The notes below the pieces were generated by a model. The model saw only the letters and a program-made list of their open reading frames with translations. It did no database searches and was not told the DNA's origin. Of a stretch of DNA of 64,000 nucleotides, positions 18,731 through 30,764 are shown one piece after another (the first letter of the stretch is position 1; each line of letters begins with the position of its first letter). The stretch spans positions 130 through 64,129 of the forward strand of contig WOZS01000014.1 in the NCBI GenBank assembly GCA_011620135.1. Direction: 5' to 3'. This DNA is from Gammaproteobacteria bacterium (GTDB taxonomy: Bacteria > Pseudomonadota > Gammaproteobacteria > WOZS01). Made by a program: the position numbers and the translations under genes.

Positions 18731-20856
18731 TGGAGCGACGCGCCTTTCTGGGCAGTGGGCTGGTGATGGCGGTTTCCATGACCGGGGCGCTGCCTCTCCG
18801 GGCAGCGCTGCTGGAGGACAACCTCGAATGCGGGGTCTTCCTGGAGCTCCAGGCAGACGGTCTCGTGCGTCTTTTTCTCAACAAGAGCGAGATGGGCCAG
18901 GGCGTGATGACCGGCCTTGCGCAGATCGTCGCCGATGAATTGGGGGTGGCCTGGGAGGCCATGCGCCTTGTCCAGGCCAGGGCCGAGGAGCGTTATGTGG
19001 ACCCGGTGGGAGGCCGCATGGTGACTGGGGGCTCTACCAGCATCCGCCATATGTGGCGCCCATTGCAGGAAGCCGCGGCCACGGCCCGGGAGCTGTTGAT
19101 CCAGGCGGCAGCTGTGACCTGGGGGGTGGAGCCTGGTACGGTGCGCATGGATGGCGGCCTGTTGGCAACCGGCAACGGGCACAGTGCGCCTTTTGGCCGG
19201 TTTATCGCCTTAGCCAAAAGGATGCCATGGCCGGAGCGCTCCCAGCTGCGCCTGCGTTCCGCCGACCAGCACACGCTGCTGGGCCGCCCGGTGCCCCGGG
19301 TCGATGTGCCGGACAAGGTCCAGGGCCGCGCCTGTTTTGGCCTGGATGCAAGACCTCGGGATGTGCCGGTGGCTGTGTTGGCCTGGCCGCCCGCCTTTGG
19401 CGCCCGCCCCGGTCGCATCGATGAGGCCGCCGCCCGGGCCATGGCCGGGGTGCGCCATGTGGTTCCCCTGGAAGGGGCTGTGGCCGTGGTGGCCGATACC
19501 ACCTACCAGGCGCTGCAGGGGGCTGAGGCGCTGGGTGTGGACTGGCAAGGTGGCGCCAGGCTGGATGACCGGATCGTGACCGAATCCTTTGCCGCGGCCC
19601 TGCAGCAACAAGGGTTGCTGGCCGTGCACCGGGGCGAGGTGGAAATGGGTCTTGCGGGGGCGAAAACCATCGAGGCTTTCTATGAGCTGCCCTATCTTGC
19701 CCATGTGACCATGGAGCCCATGAACTGTACCGTGCTCTGGCACAAGGATCGCTGCCAGATCCATGTGGGCACCCAGAACCAGACCGAGGCTCTGGCCACG
19801 GCCGCCCGGGTCTCGGGGCTGCCGCCGGCGCGCATCGATATACAGACCACCTATCTTGGTGGCGGTTTTGGTCGACGCCTTGCCACCGACATGGTGGCCG
19901 AGGCGGTGGCCATCGCCAAGGCGATCGATGGCCCGGTGCAGCTGGTGCATCGGCGTGAACACGACTTCCAGGCCGGCATGTTCCGCCCCGGCTGCCATAG
20001 CCTCCTGCGCGGCGCCGTGGGGGAAGACGGCGCCATCCTGGCCTGGTCGCATCATGTGGCCACCCAGCCCCTGGCTGGTCCCGGTGGGCAAAAACCGGGG
20101 GTGGATCGGGCCGCTGTGGCCGGCGTGGCGGACCTGCCTTATGCCGTCAAGGCCCTGGAGGTGCGCTGGTCGCCTGTGACGCTGCCTATCCCGGTATGGC
20201 CGTGGCGCTCCGTGGGGGCCAGCCACAACGCCTTTGTGGTGGAGTCTTTCGTGGATGAACTGGCCTATCTGGCACAGGCCGATCCCCTGGCCTACCGCCT
20301 GAGCCTGCTGCAGGGCAACGAGGCGGCGCTGAACGTGCTGCGCCTGGCGGGTGAGCATGCCGCTTACAGACCCAAGCCAGCTGGTGGTGGCCGACGCCAG
20401 GGGGTCGCCTATCATTACAGCTTCGGCAGCAATTGCGCCATGGTGGCGGATGTGACGGTTCAGGATGGCCGGCCGAAGGTGGCGCGTGTGGTGGCGGTAC
20501 TGGATTGTGGCCCCGTGGTCAATCACGACCTGGTGGCGGCCCAGGTGGAAGGTGCGGTGGTCATGGGGCTTTCTGCCGCCATGAAAGAGGCGGTCCATTT
20601 TGCCGAGGGGGGGGTGCAAAGCGTCAACCTCCATCAGTACGATCTGCTGCGCTGCGATGAGGTGCCACCCATCGAGGTGCATCTCACCCAGGTCATGCGC
20701 GAGGTGGGGGGCGTGGGAGAGCCGGCGTTGCCTCCTGTGGCCCCGGCGCTGGCCAATGGGTATTTCGCGGCCACCGGCCGCAGGATACGCCGCCTGCCAT
20801 TCCTGGCCGCCCTCGACCAGCCAGTCAGGCAACACACCCCCCCGGCCGCTTCCTAA
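18730..20856 (+). CDS. iorB: Molybdopterin-binding large subunit, isoquinoline 1-oxidoreductase beta-like
   Basis: Twin-arginine signal MERRAFL, KSEMGQG, TGGSTS, H.TMEPMN, GGGFGRR, WRSVG, GGVGEP; ATG overlaps the iorA stop. Confidence 0.92.
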   Translation: MERRAFLGSGLVMAVSMTGALPLRAALLEDNLECGVFLELQADGLVRLFLNKSEMGQGVMTGLAQIVADELGVAWEAMRLVQARAEERYVDPVGGRMVTGGSTSIRHMWRPLQEAAATARELLIQAAAVTWGVEPGTVRMDGGLLATGNGHSAPFGRFIALAKRMPWPERSQLRLRSADQHTLLGRPVPRVDVPDKVQGRACFGLDARPRDVPVAVLAWPPAFGARPGRIDEAAARAMAGVRHVVPLEGAVAVVADTTYQALQGAEALGVDWQGGARLDDRIVTESFAAALQQQGLLAVHRGEVEMGLAGAKTIEAFYELPYLAHVTMEPMNCTVLWHKDRCQIHVGTQNQTEALATAARVSGLPPARIDIQTTYLGGGFGRRLATDMVAEAVAIAKAIDGPVQLVHRREHDFQAGMFRPGCHSLLRGAVGEDGAILAWSHHVATQPLAGPGGQKPGVDRAAVAGVADLPYAVKALEVRWSPVTLPIPVWPWRSVGASHNAFVVESFVDELAYLAQADPLAYRLSLLQGNEAALNVLRLAGEHAAYRPKPAGGGRRQGVAYHYSFGSNCAMVADVTVQDGRPKVARVVAVLDCGPVVNHDLVAAQVEGAVVMGLSAAMKEAVHFAEGGVQSVNLHQYDLLRCDEVPPIEVHLTQVMREVGGVGEPALPPVAPALANGYFAATGRRIRRLPFLAALDQPVRQHTPPAAS

Positions 20857-20887
20857 GCAGCAGCAAGCCGAGCAACACGAGGAGAGC

Positions 20888-22075
20888 ATGCCGCAGCATC
20901 GTTTTGGACGCATCGAACGGCTACCACCCTATGTCCTGGGAACGGTCAATGAGTGGCGCCGCGCGGCCCGGGCCCGGGGTGAGGACATCATTGACCTGGG
21001 GATGGGCAATCCCGACGAGGCAGCCCCCGCCCATGTGGTGGCCAAGCTGCAGGAGGTGGCGGGTCGCAGCGGCACCCATGGCTATTCCCAGTCCCGGGGC
21101 ATTCCCCGCTTACGTCGTGCCATCTGCAACTGGTATGGGGAGCGCTTTGGGGTGGTCCTGGACCCGGATCATGAAGCCATTGTCACCATGGGCTCCAAGG
21201 AGGGGCTGGCGCATCTGGCCATGGCGCTGACCGAGCCTGGCGACGTGGTGTTGGTTCCGGACCCCAGCTACCCCGTGCACCCCTATGGTTTCGTGATTGC
21301 CGGTGCCGACATCCGCCGCTTGGCCATGCCGGATGATGGCGACGAGGACCAGTTTTTCGGCAATCTCCAAGAGGCGGTGCACAACACCCTGCCCAGACCC
21401 AAGGTGCTGGTGCTCAATTTTCCCAGCAACCCCACCACCCAATGTGTGACGGTGGATTTTTTTCATGGGGTGATCGAGGCAGCACAGCGCCTGGATCTGT
21501 GGGTGATCCATGATCTCGCCTATGCCGATCTGTGCTTCGACGGCTATGTGGCCCCTTCCATCCTGCAGGTGCCAGGCGCCAAGGACTGGGCCGTGGAATC
21601 GTTCAGCCTCAGCAAGAGCTACAACATGGCCGGTTTCCGGGTGGGGTTTCTCTGTGGGAATGCCGAGCTTGTGCATGCCCTGGGGCGTCTTAAGTCCTAT
21701 CTGGACTATGGCACCTTCACGCCCATCCAGGTGGCGGCCATCGCCGCCCTGGAAGGCCCCCAGGGTTGCGTGGCGGAGAATCGTGAGCGTTACCGGTTGC
21801 GGCGCGATGTGCTGATCGAGGGGCTGGGTCGGGCCGGTTGGGACGTCCCTCCCCCCAGGGCCACCATGTTCGCCTGGGCGCGTATTCCTGAGTCCTGCCG
21901 GGAAATGGGTTCGCTTGCCTTTGCCAAGCTGCTGGTGGACCAGGCCCATGTGGCCGTCTCCCCGGGCATCGGCTTTGGGGAACGCGGCGAGGGCTACGTG
22001 CGTTTTGCCCTGGTGGAAAACACCGAGCGCATCCGGCAGGCCACACGCAACATCAAGAGGGTCTTGCGTACCTAG
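20888..22075 (+). CDS. alaC: Class I PLP aminotransferase, AlaC-like
   Basis: [65 protein letters not shown]. Confidence 0.85.
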   Translation: MPQHRFGRIERLPPYVLGTVNEWRRAARARGEDIIDLGMGNPDEAAPAHVVAKLQEVAGRSGTHGYSQSRGIPRLRRAICNWYGERFGVVLDPDHEAIVTMGSKEGLAHLAMALTEPGDVVLVPDPSYPVHPYGFVIAGADIRRLAMPDDGDEDQFFGNLQEAVHNTLPRPKVLVLNFPSNPTTQCVTVDFFHGVIEAAQRLDLWVIHDLAYADLCFDGYVAPSILQVPGAKDWAVESFSLSKSYNMAGFRVGFLCGNAELVHALGRLKSYLDYGTFTPIQVAAIAALEGPQGCVAENRERYRLRRDVLIEGLGRAGWDVPPPRATMFAWARIPESCREMGSLAFAKLLVDQAHVAVSPGIGFGERGEGYVRFALVENTERIRQATRNIKRVLRT

Positions 22076-23115
22076 ATGTTGCTCTCGCCGCTTGTCTTGC
22101 GAGTGGGGGGGAGAGGCCCATCGACCCCCTGGGCATGCTGCGGGAGATGGGCGGCCAGGTCATGGAACAACTGGGCGCGTTCCAGAGGGTGGGCGGTATG
22201 CTGCAAGCGCTCGACCACCGCGCGCTGCAGATGGGGAGCGAACAATTCCATGAAGTCATACATGAAACCGCGCAACTGGCGCCGGGCTGCAAAGCCGATG
22301 TAGGTGATGTTCTCGGCGAACAGATGGTCTGCCTCGAGGTAGGCGAGATCTGTGTCCTCATCGGCAAGATAGGCCATGTGGGCGATGATGCCCACGCCCA
22401 GGCCGAGGCGCACGTAGGTCTTGATCACATCGGCATCCACGGCGCTCAAGACCACCTGGGGGTGCAGGCCGTGCCGGGCAAAGGCCTCATCGAGATGAAA
22501 CCGCCCCGTGAAGCCATGTACGTAGGTGATGAGCGGATAGCTGGCGACGATCTCCAGCGTGAGGGATGAGCCCTGCTGGGCCAGCGGGTGATCCCGTGGT
22601 ACGATGATGCCATGATCCCAGCGGTAGCACGGCAGAATGATCAGGTTTTCGTATAACCCCATGGATTCTGTGGCGATGGCAAAATCCACCTGACCCCTGG
22701 CCGCCCAGTCTGCCACCTGGGGTGGGGTGCCCTGGTGCAGGTGGACATTCACATGGGGATAGCGCTGCCGGAAGGAGGAGACGGTGGCAGGCAGCACATA
22801 ACGAGCCTGGTTGTGGGTGGTGCCCAGGAGCAGTTCGCCGCTGCTCTCATCACGGTGTTCCTCGGCGATGGCTCGGATGTTGGCCGCTTCCCGCAACAGC
22901 TCTTCTGCCAATTGCACGATGGTGTCCCCAGCTGCGGTCAGCCGGGTGAGATGCTTGCCCTGGCGCTGGAAGATGAGCACCCCCAGTTCTTCTTCAAGCG
23001 CGCGAATCTGCTTGCTGATGCCTGGCTGGGAGGTGCCCAGCATGATGGCCGCCCTGCTGATGTTGAGGTCACAGGCTACCACCTCGACGATGTAGCGTAG
23101 TTGTTGCAGAGTCAA
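22072..23115 (-). CDS. cysB: LysR-type sulfur assimilation regulator CysB
   Basis: [69 protein letters not shown] start. Confidence 0.93.
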   Translation of the reverse strand: MTLQQLRYIVEVVACDLNISRAAIMLGTSQPGISKQIRALEEELGVLIFQRQGKHLTRLTAAGDTIVQLAEELLREAANIRAIAEEHRDESSGELLLGTTHNQARYVLPATVSSFRQRYPHVNVHLHQGTPPQVADWAARGQVDFAIATESMGLYENLIILPCYRWDHGIIVPRDHPLAQQGSSLTLEIVASYPLITYVHGFTGRFHLDEAFARHGLHPQVVLSAVDADVIKTYVRLGLGVGIIAHMAYLADEDTDLAYLEADHLFAENITYIGFAARRQLRGFMYDFMELFAPHLQRAVVERLQHTAHPLERAQLFHDLAAHLPQHAQGVDGPLPPTRKTSGESNI

Positions 23116-23231
23116 CGGATATGCCCCCTGGGCGCGTTGTTCAGGCTATTATAATGACCACGATAAGGCCCCCTCAGGCGCCAACAGCTGTCTCGAGGTT
23201 GGCTGCCGGGAAAAAGCCGCGTGACCATTGC

Positions 23232-23261
23232 TTGTCAACAGGGCTGCCGCTTTGCTATAAA
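23232..23261 (+). promoter_or_regulatory. Candidate sigma70 promoter for the diguanylate cyclase gene
   Basis: TTGTCA (23232-23237), 18 bp spacer, TGC-TATAAA extended -10 (23256-23261). Confidence 0.5.
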
Positions 23262-23517
23262 CCTGAAGAAGCACCGCTTGCTTGTTGGGTATGGAGGAAA
23301 GCCAAAGCAGTGGTTTCTTTTTTGCATTGCCTTACCCAAGGCTGGTTTCATTCAGGCGGCTTGCTCATGCTGCCGGTCATTGTGCATGCTGGCCACAAGG
23401 AAGGCAAGATGCAAGCAAGCTGCATGATGCAAAAGCAATGAAATCACGGGAAATAACGAGATAAAAAACGAGAAAAACGGACTCAAAGAGAATAAAGATG
23501 ATCAGACGCATTGCGCC

Positions 23518-25344
23518 GTGACCACTGGCATGTCCCTGGGGGGGAGGGCCCAGCAACGCGCCGCCATGACCTTTTTTGGTCTTTTTGTCTTGTTTGTGGT
23601 GGCGTGGCTGGGCGTGCGCCATGAGCGTCGCGGTCATGAAAGCGAGACAATCAGATTGTTGGCAGAGCAGGTGGCCTATCGTTTTGGTCGCGAGGTGGAG
23701 ATCCATCTGGCGCTGGCCACCATGGTGAAAAGCCGTCTGCAAGACGGAGAGGCCATCGACCAGGAACGTTTCCGCGAAACGGTCTCTCATGTGCAGCATA
23801 GCTTCAGCTCCATTGCGGCCATTGCCTTCCTGACCCCGGAGATGACTGTCCGTTGGATGATGCCCGAGGGCAATTTCTTCCTGGGCGGACTGCCCCTGTT
23901 CGATCAACCCATGCAGCATGAATTGATGATGCGCTCTTTCCTGGAAAAGAAGACCGTCATCTCGCCGCCGTTGCAGGGCGACCAGGGGTCCGTCCTGCTG
24001 ACGGCCTATATCCCGGTTTCCAGTCAGGGTCGTTTTGTGGGCTATCTGAGCCCCGTGCTCCGTCTGGATGTGCTGTTTCAAAGTTTGCTCAATCCGGGTT
24101 TTTTGCATTCCTATGTGGTTCGGGTGCTGGATCAGGCCAGCGGTAATATTATATACAGAAATACTACAGATGAAAAGAATGCAGATTTTTCCGATGCCCC
24201 CATATTCGTGGCTGGCCGCCATTTTGTGGTGCAGCTGGCGTCCTCCCGGTCCGACTCCTGGTTGCTGCCTATCGTGATCCTGTCCTGTGCTTTCTTGGCA
24301 TCTCTGTTATCAGCCATGCTGGTCTATCAGCGCACATGGCACGGCATCGAGATGTATCGGCAGCGCGCGCGCTTCAAGGAAATGGCCGACATGCTACCTG
24401 AAATGATGGTCCTGGAGTTGCGCAATGATCCCGTGCAGCGCTGGCCCATCAGCTACATGAACAAGGCCGCAAGGCGGGCCTTGTCCAGTGGAAACGGCAA
24501 TACGGAAGATCAAGGCGGGCTCAGTCTGTTCGATGTCGCCAGTGAACAGAGCTATGATGCGCTGGATCAGAAACTCGGCGAACTGCGACATATCGGCGAA
24601 CCGCAGCAGGATGGGGCCTTGGTGCTGAGATTGGCGGACATCCAGCTGTATCGGGCCAACGCAGCTGCCACCTTTCCCGCCGAAATCGTCGTCAGGGCCA
24701 TCTTGAACAAGGAAAACAATGAGGTGGTGGGTTTTCAATGTGTCATTCGGGACAAGACGGCGGATATCGAGGGTCAGCTCAAGCTGGAACAGGCTGCCAC
24801 CCATGATGCCCTGACGGGGTTGCCCAACCGCAGCCTGTTCTATGACCGCTTGGAGCAGGCTATCGGCCGGGCCCGGCGCATGGGTTCGCGCCTGGCAGTG
24901 CTGTTCTGCGATCTCGACAAGTTCAAACAGGTCAACGATACCCTTGGCCACCACGCTGGCGATGACCTGCTGCGCCAGGTGGCAAGACGCATGAGGGAAG
25001 CGGTGCGCGAGACGGACACCGTGGCGCGGCTTGCCGGGGATGAGTTTGTTTTCATCGTCGAGGGGCTTTCTGGCAGCGCAGATGTCTGGCCGGCGGTGGA
25101 TGCTTGCTGTTCCAAGATCATCGATCATGCGAGCGGAAGCTATGTCATTGGCGATGGCCATAATACCGTACATATCGGGCTTTCCATCGGCGTCAGCATT
25201 TTTCCGGATCACGGGGACAGCGCCGACGAGCTGCTCATCAAGGCTGACCATTCCATGTACCGCGCAAAGGCCTGCGGTGGCAACGTCTTTCGCATGGACG
25301 TGATCTTGTTGAGCGACGCGCCTGCCCCGTCAAGCAGTCAATAG
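23518..25344 (+). CDS. Membrane sensor diguanylate cyclase (TM, CHASE-like, TM, PAS-like, GGDEF with AGDEF motif)
   Basis: Two TM segments flanking a periplasmic domain; HDALTGLPNR, DLDKFKQVND.LGH..GD, RETD I-site, ARLAGDEF, SIGVS, AD.SMY.AK. Start uncertain. Confidence 0.9.
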   Translation: MTTGMSLGGRAQQRAAMTFFGLFVLFVVAWLGVRHERRGHESETIRLLAEQVAYRFGREVEIHLALATMVKSRLQDGEAIDQERFRETVSHVQHSFSSIAAIAFLTPEMTVRWMMPEGNFFLGGLPLFDQPMQHELMMRSFLEKKTVISPPLQGDQGSVLLTAYIPVSSQGRFVGYLSPVLRLDVLFQSLLNPGFLHSYVVRVLDQASGNIIYRNTTDEKNADFSDAPIFVAGRHFVVQLASSRSDSWLLPIVILSCAFLASLLSAMLVYQRTWHGIEMYRQRARFKEMADMLPEMMVLELRNDPVQRWPISYMNKAARRALSSGNGNTEDQGGLSLFDVASEQSYDALDQKLGELRHIGEPQQDGALVLRLADIQLYRANAAATFPAEIVVRAILNKENNEVVGFQCVIRDKTADIEGQLKLEQAATHDALTGLPNRSLFYDRLEQAIGRARRMGSRLAVLFCDLDKFKQVNDTLGHHAGDDLLRQVARRMREAVRETDTVARLAGDEFVFIVEGLSGSADVWPAVDACCSKIIDHASGSYVIGDGHNTVHIGLSIGVSIFPDHGDSADELLIKADHSMYRAKACGGNVFRMDVILLSDAPAPSSSQ

Positions 25345-26481
25345 GCGGCAACAGGTATCCTGATAAATGGCCGCCAAAAGCCCCAGTTCTTCTGGAATGA
25401 CCCATTCATCAATCTGATGACTGCTCTCGTTGCGCGGCCCAAGCTCCGCCACCTCGACGCTGTGGGCATGGAAAAAACGCCCGTCGGAGGTGCCTCCCGC
25501 CGTGGAAAGATGTGGTTCGATGCCGGTGACAGCACTGGCAGCGCCAGAGAGCGCCTGAAGCAAGCGCCCCTGGACGCTGAGAAAGGGATGGGCGCCCTCC
25601 GTCCACTGCAGTGCGTGGCTGAGATGATGTTGCTCCAGAAGAGCAGCGATCAGTTGTTGTAACTGCTGGGCCGTGGTGGGGGGTGGGTAACGGCAGTTGA
25701 GTCGGACCACCAGTTCCGGCGGAATGACATTGTCGGCGCCCACGCCGGCATGGATGTTGGTAAGCTGCAAGGAGGTGGGGGCAAAGAGCGCGTTGCCATC
25801 GGCAAAATCATGGCCCGCCAGGGCCTGCAAGGCGGGCAGGGCCAGATGGATGGGGTTGTCAGCCTTTTTGGGATAGGCCACATGGCCCTGTTTGCCGAAG
25901 ATGGTGCAGGCTGCGCTCAACGAGCCCCGGCGCCCCACCTTGATGACATCGCCCAGGCGATCCTCTGAAGAAGGCTCGCCCACCAGGGCGAAATCCATCA
26001 CCCAGCCTTCATCGCGCAAGGCGCGCAGCGCCATGGCCGTCCCCTCGGTGGCCGGGCCTTCCTCGTCGCTGGTGAGCAGGAGCGTCAGGGTGCCGCGGTG
26101 CTGGGGATAGGCATGGACGAACCGTTTCATGGCCACCACCATGGCTGCCACGGCGCCTTTCATGTCGGCCGCACCGCGACCGTACAGCCTGCCGTCGCGG
26201 AAGGTGGGCGTGAAGGGGTCCGTGCGCCAGCGGTTGAGCGGGCCTGGCGGCACCACATCGGTATGTCCCGCAAGACAAAGCACCGGTGCTCCCTGGCCGT
26301 GCCAGGCGAACAGATTGCTCACATGGCCAAAGGGCAGGTGCCTGATCCTGCAGCCTGCTCCGGCGAGATGTTCGGCAACGAGTTCCTGACAACCAGCGTC
26401 GTCTGGTGTCACCGAAGGCCGCTCCATGAGCATCATGGCCAACGACACCACCTCATTGTGGGCTGCTGAGGGCATGGTCAT
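25330..26481 (-). CDS. dapE: Succinyl-diaminopimelate desuccinylase
   Basis: [57 protein letters not shown]. Confidence 0.97.
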   Translation of the reverse strand: MTMPSAAHNEVVSLAMMLMERPSVTPDDAGCQELVAEHLAGAGCRIRHLPFGHVSNLFAWHGQGAPVLCLAGHTDVVPPGPLNRWRTDPFTPTFRDGRLYGRGAADMKGAVAAMVVAMKRFVHAYPQHRGTLTLLLTSDEEGPATEGTAMALRALRDEGWVMDFALVGEPSSEDRLGDVIKVGRRGSLSAACTIFGKQGHVAYPKKADNPIHLALPALQALAGHDFADGNALFAPTSLQLTNIHAGVGADNVIPPELVVRLNCRYPPPTTAQQLQQLIAALLEQHHLSHALQWTEGAHPFLSVQGRLLQALSGAASAVTGIEPHLSTAGGTSDGRFFHAHSVEVAELGPRNESSHQIDEWVIPEELGLLAAIYQDTCCRLLTA

Positions 26482-27323
26482 GTTCCGGCATCGCGCAGCA
26501 GGTCGTTGAGCGCTGTCTTGCCCCGGGTCTGGGCATCCACCTGCTTGACGATCACAGCACAGGCCAGGCTGTGGCTGCCATCGGCTGCCGGCAGCGTTCC
26601 TGGGACCACCACCGAATAGGGGGGCACGAGTCCCGGGGGCAAAAGCTTGTTGTGCTGCCGATGGAAGAGTTTGGTGCTCTGTCCCAGGAACACGCCCATG
26701 GCGATGACCGACCCCTGTCCGACTCGCACGCCTTCTGCAATCTCGCTGCGCGCCCCGATGAAGCAGTCATCCTCGATGATGGTGGGTTGTGCCTGCAGGG
26801 GCTCCAGCACCCCACCGATACCTGCCCCGCCGGAGATGTGGCAGCGCGCGCCGACCTGGGCGCATGAGCCGATGGTGGCCCAGGTATCCACCATGGTGCC
26901 CTGCCCCACATGAGCACCGATGTTGATGAACGAGGGCATCAGCACCACATCCCTGGCCACGTGGGCACCGCGGCGTACCAGGGCTCCGGGAACGGCGCGA
27001 TAGCCTGCGGCACGAAACTCGGTCTCGGACCAGCCCTGGTGGCGCAGCGGGATGCGGTCGAAGAAATTGGTCAGTGGCGTGGCCATGCAGGTCTGCTCGA
27101 AGAGCCGGAAACACAGCAGGATGGCCTGTTTGACCCAGGTGTGCACCAGGTAGCCGCCTTGCCCGTCAGGTTCGGCAGCACGGATCTGCCCGGTCTCCAG
27201 CAGCTCCAGGGCGGCAAGCACGTGCTCGCGCATGGTGGTGTCGTGCCGCAGCTCGTCGGGTCCTGCGGCGCAGGCGACGGCGATGTGGTGTGCCAGCTCT
27301 GGGTATCGGTCGTTCATGGGCAC
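26478..27323 (-). CDS. dapD: Tetrahydrodipicolinate N-succinyltransferase
   Basis: [55 protein letters not shown]. Confidence 0.98.
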   Translation of the reverse strand: MPMNDRYPELAHHIAVACAAGPDELRHDTTMREHVLAALELLETGQIRAAEPDGQGGYLVHTWVKQAILLCFRLFEQTCMATPLTNFFDRIPLRHQGWSETEFRAAGYRAVPGALVRRGAHVARDVVLMPSFINIGAHVGQGTMVDTWATIGSCAQVGARCHISGGAGIGGVLEPLQAQPTIIEDDCFIGARSEIAEGVRVGQGSVIAMGVFLGQSTKLFHRQHNKLLPPGLVPPYSVVVPGTLPAADGSHSLACAVIVKQVDAQTRGKTALNDLLRDAGT

Positions 27324-29944
27324 GCAGCTCCCAGATGTTGTTCGATCACTTGGGCAATGGTATCCAATTGGGCCGGATCGGTGATGGGCAGATTCTGGAG
27401 GTCTGTGACCAGGAACACGTCCTCGGCACGCTCCCCGATGGTGGCGACCCGCGCACTGCGCAGGCGCAGCTTGAGCTCACCCAGCAGCTGGCCAAATTGG
27501 GAGAGCAAGCCGGGACGGTCGGGTGCCACCAGTTCGATCTGGGTATACCCTGCCCCGGGCGTGGTGGTGACGATGGCCTGGATAGGGGTGGTAAAGGCAC
27601 GGAAGCGGCTCGATTGGGTCCTGTTGACATCCAGCCGCAACTGGGTCGGTTGGGTGAGGGCCTGGGTGAGGGTTTGCTGCAGCTGACGGAGACGATAGGC
27701 GGAGGTGATGCGCTGCCCGTCTTCCTCGAGGATGGTCCATGAGGCCGTGATCCATTGATCGCGGCGCGGTAAGAGATCGGCTGCCTCCACGGCAAAGCCC
27801 ATCTGGCGAATCAGCGCGCTGATCAGCACGAACAGGTCGTCCCGGGGGGGGCTGGCCACGAAGACGACTGTGGCCGAGCGGCGCTGATCCGTATACAGCG
27901 CCACCACGGCTTCCCCCGGCGGCGCTTTCAGCATGGCCATGGTCTCTGCGGCGATGTCATGACCGTCGTGCTGGCGGAAATAGTCTGGATTCAGGCGCTG
28001 CCAGAGTTGGGCGATGGCGCACAGGGGCACCTGGCGCTGCTTGAGCAGGCGCAGTGCCTGACGCTTGGCGCGCCGTTCCAGGCGCTGGGATACCAGCTGC
28101 GGCGAGGGGCTGGTGAAGGCCTCCTGGGCGCGTTCGTACAGCCTGATCAGCAGGCTCATCTTCCAGGCTGTCAGCAGGAGGGGGTTGGTGGCCCGCATGT
28201 CGGCTACCGTGAGCAGAAAAAGATGATCCAGTCGCCCGGGATCACCCACCTGTCGCGTCAGTTCGGTGATGACCTGGGGATCGGAGATGTCGCGGCGCTG
28301 TGCGGTCAGAGACAGCAGAAGATGGTTCGCCACCAGAAAGGCCACCAACTCACGCTGATCACTGCTCAGGCCATGTGCCTTGGCAAAGCGGCGTACCAGG
28401 GCAGCCCCCAGTCTGGAGTGATCGCCGCCCCTGCCCTTGGCCAGATCGTGAAACAGGGCAGCTATCGCCAGCAGTTCTGGTTTGGGGATGCGTTGCATCA
28501 ACCTGGTACACAATCGATTGTGGTCATACCCCTTGCGGATCCGCGCCAGCTCCCCAACCATGAACAGGGCGTGCTGATCGACTGTATATGTATGAAATAA
28601 ATCAAACTGCATGTGGGCCGTCACCCGCCGAAAGGCCGGTATGTAATGGCCCAGGACGCCATAGCGGTTCATCTCCATCAGCGTGGTGGCGCCATGGATG
28701 CTCTGGCGCAGGATGCCAAGAAACAGGCGATGGGCCTCGGGATCATGGCGCAAGGCCCGCACCACGGGGGCTGCGCTGTGCAGCTGGCGCAGGGTGACAG
28801 CACGCATCCCCCGCAGCCAGGGGCAGACTGCAAGCCACCAGAACGCCTCGAGACAAGTCAGGGGTTGGCTTGTGAACAGATCGGAGGCATGGGCTTCCAG
28901 AAACCCGGCTCGCGCTGCGAAATGGCCCCCGGGCAGGATGATGGCCCTGCCCTCGTGGCGATGCAATACGCTTTCCTCGAAATGCTGCAACAGCAACTGA
29001 TTGAGGCGCTCCACCTCCCGGGCGGCTTGATAGTAGCGCTGCATGAAGCGCTCCACGGCCCTGTTGTTGTCCCCGCGGTACCCGAAGAGCTTGGCCACCT
29101 GGAGCTGGTAGTGGAACAGCAGGCGATCCTCGCGACGTCCCGCCAGGACATGGAGCGCATAGCGCACGCGAAACAGGAAATGCCTGGCCGTCAATAGGGA
29201 GGTGCGCTCGGCGGCGGTGAGATAGCCGGCTTGGACCAGGTCGCTCAGCCGCACCCTCCCGGCATGGCGACGCAGCACCCAGAAGATGGTGTGCAGATCC
29301 CTGAGGCCCCCTGGCCCTTCCTTGACGTTTGGCTCCAGCTGATAGGCGGTATCCTGAAAACGGGCATGGCGTTGTTGCTGTTCTTGGACCTTGGCGTCGA
29401 AAAAGGTCGAGGAATCCCACATGTGTTCCGGGGCGAGGGCCTGTCGCAATGTCTCGCCTGCGGCGTGCGGACCAATCAACAGCCGCGCCTCGCTCAGCGA
29501 GGTGAAGACGGTGATGTCCTGGACAGCAAGCTGACTGCAATCCGCAACGGAACGTACGCATGGGGAGATCTGGATGCCCAGATCCCAAAGGCAACGCACG
29601 AAGGCAGCCACCCGCTGGCGCAGGGCCCCGCCGGCTCTTTCCGGGATCAGCACCATGACATCCACGTCGGAGCAGGGATGCAGCTCCTGCCTGCCATAGC
29701 CGCCCAATGCAAACAGGGCCAGCTGTGGGAGGGGCTTGAAAAAAAATTCCCTGAACGCCTGACGCAGGGCTCGATCCAGGAGGCGACGTCTTTGCGCCAT
29801 GAGTGCCATGGCTGGTTGCCCTTCCAGAAAGGCCTGGCGCAGCAACTGGTCTTCATGGCGCAGCGCGCTTTGGGTTTTCCCGTCTCCACCACTGGGGTGC
29901 GGTCTTTTGGTCTGGGCGGGGGACGAAGACGTCGGCAGGCTCAT
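27314..29944 (-). CDS. glnD: PII uridylyltransferase / uridylyl-removing enzyme
   Basis: [56 protein letters not shown]...GERAEDVF (ACT); conserved map-glnD-dapD order. Confidence 0.97.
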   Translation of the reverse strand: MSLPTSSSPAQTKRPHPSGGDGKTQSALRHEDQLLRQAFLEGQPAMALMAQRRRLLDRALRQAFREFFFKPLPQLALFALGGYGRQELHPCSDVDVMVLIPERAGGALRQRVAAFVRCLWDLGIQISPCVRSVADCSQLAVQDITVFTSLSEARLLIGPHAAGETLRQALAPEHMWDSSTFFDAKVQEQQQRHARFQDTAYQLEPNVKEGPGGLRDLHTIFWVLRRHAGRVRLSDLVQAGYLTAAERTSLLTARHFLFRVRYALHVLAGRREDRLLFHYQLQVAKLFGYRGDNNRAVERFMQRYYQAAREVERLNQLLLQHFEESVLHRHEGRAIILPGGHFAARAGFLEAHASDLFTSQPLTCLEAFWWLAVCPWLRGMRAVTLRQLHSAAPVVRALRHDPEAHRLFLGILRQSIHGATTLMEMNRYGVLGHYIPAFRRVTAHMQFDLFHTYTVDQHALFMVGELARIRKGYDHNRLCTRLMQRIPKPELLAIAALFHDLAKGRGGDHSRLGAALVRRFAKAHGLSSDQRELVAFLVANHLLLSLTAQRRDISDPQVITELTRQVGDPGRLDHLFLLTVADMRATNPLLLTAWKMSLLIRLYERAQEAFTSPSPQLVSQRLERRAKRQALRLLKQRQVPLCAIAQLWQRLNPDYFRQHDGHDIAAETMAMLKAPPGEAVVALYTDQRRSATVVFVASPPRDDLFVLISALIRQMGFAVEAADLLPRRDQWITASWTILEEDGQRITSAYRLRQLQQTLTQALTQPTQLRLDVNRTQSSRFRAFTTPIQAIVTTTPGAGYTQIELVAPDRPGLLSQFGQLLGELKLRLRSARVATIGERAEDVFLVTDLQNLPITDPAQLDTIAQVIEQHLGAACP

Positions 29945-29954
29945 GCGCCATGGC

Positions 29955-30725
29955 TCATGGTGGTGTCTCGCCCGTGCGCAGGGTGAGGATGTCCGCCCCG
30001 GTCTCGGTGACCAGGATGGTATGCTCCCACTGCGCCGACAAGGAGCGGTCCTTGGTGACCACCGTCCAACCATCGGCGAGCAGCTTGACATGGCGCTTGC
30101 CAGCATTGAGCATGGGTTCTATGGTGATGCACATGCCTGGCATCAGCACGGCCCCCGTTCCCGGCAAGCCATAATGCAGGACCTGGGGTTCCTCGTGAAA
30201 GGCGCGCCCGATGCCATGGCCGCAGTACTCCTGGACCACGGTATAACCCCGCTCCTCGGCATAGGTCTGGATGGCATGCCCGATGTCGCCGAGCCGCACA
30301 CCGGGGTGCACCATGGCGATCCCCACATATAACGCCTCTCTGGTGACCTGGCTTAAGCGTTTGGCGAGTTGGCTGGGCTGCCCTACCAGGAACATGGCGC
30401 TGGTGTCGCCATGAAAGCCGTCCTTGATGACGGTGATGTCAATGTTGACGATGTCCCCGGAGCGCAGGGGCGTTGCGCCCGGAATGCCATGGCAGACCAC
30501 ATGGTTGACAGAGGTGCAGATGGATTTGGGAAAGCCGCGATAATGCAAGGGAGCTGGGATGGCCTGTTGGACCTCGACGATGTGGCGGTGACACAGCGCA
30601 TCGAGTTCGCCTGTGGTGACGCCAGGCCGGACATGCGCGGCGATCATCTCCAGCACCTCGGCTGCCAGGCGGCCGGCAACGCGCATGTGCGCCTGCTCCT
30701 CAGGTGTCTTGATGGGGATGGACAT
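29955..30725 (-). CDS. map: Methionine aminopeptidase type I
   Basis: GFPKSICTSVN.VVCHGIP, NIDITV, HGDTS, GHGIG..FHEEP, IEPM, AQWEHT. Confidence 0.99.
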   Translation of the reverse strand: MSIPIKTPEEQAHMRVAGRLAAEVLEMIAAHVRPGVTTGELDALCHRHIVEVQQAIPAPLHYRGFPKSICTSVNHVVCHGIPGATPLRSGDIVNIDITVIKDGFHGDTSAMFLVGQPSQLAKRLSQVTREALYVGIAMVHPGVRLGDIGHAIQTYAEERGYTVVQEYCGHGIGRAFHEEPQVLHYGLPGTGAVLMPGMCITIEPMLNAGKRHVKLLADGWTVVTKDRSLSAQWEHTILVTETGADILTLRTGETPP

Positions 30726-30755
30726 GGGTTTTGATTGCGAGAGCCATACCATGTA

Positions 30756-30764
30756 TGGTATAAA
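30756..30764 (+). promoter_or_regulatory. Extended -10 promoter of rpsB-tsf
   Basis: TGGTATAAA matches the TGTGGTATAAA-type extended -10 described for gammaproteobacterial rpsB promoters. Confidence 0.6.

Noticed and set aside
23262-23517. c-di-GMP riboswitch or RsmY/Z-type sRNA upstream of the cyclase
   Set aside because: No recognisable GEMM consensus and too few GGA hairpins; kept only as an unassigned structured-leader candidate.
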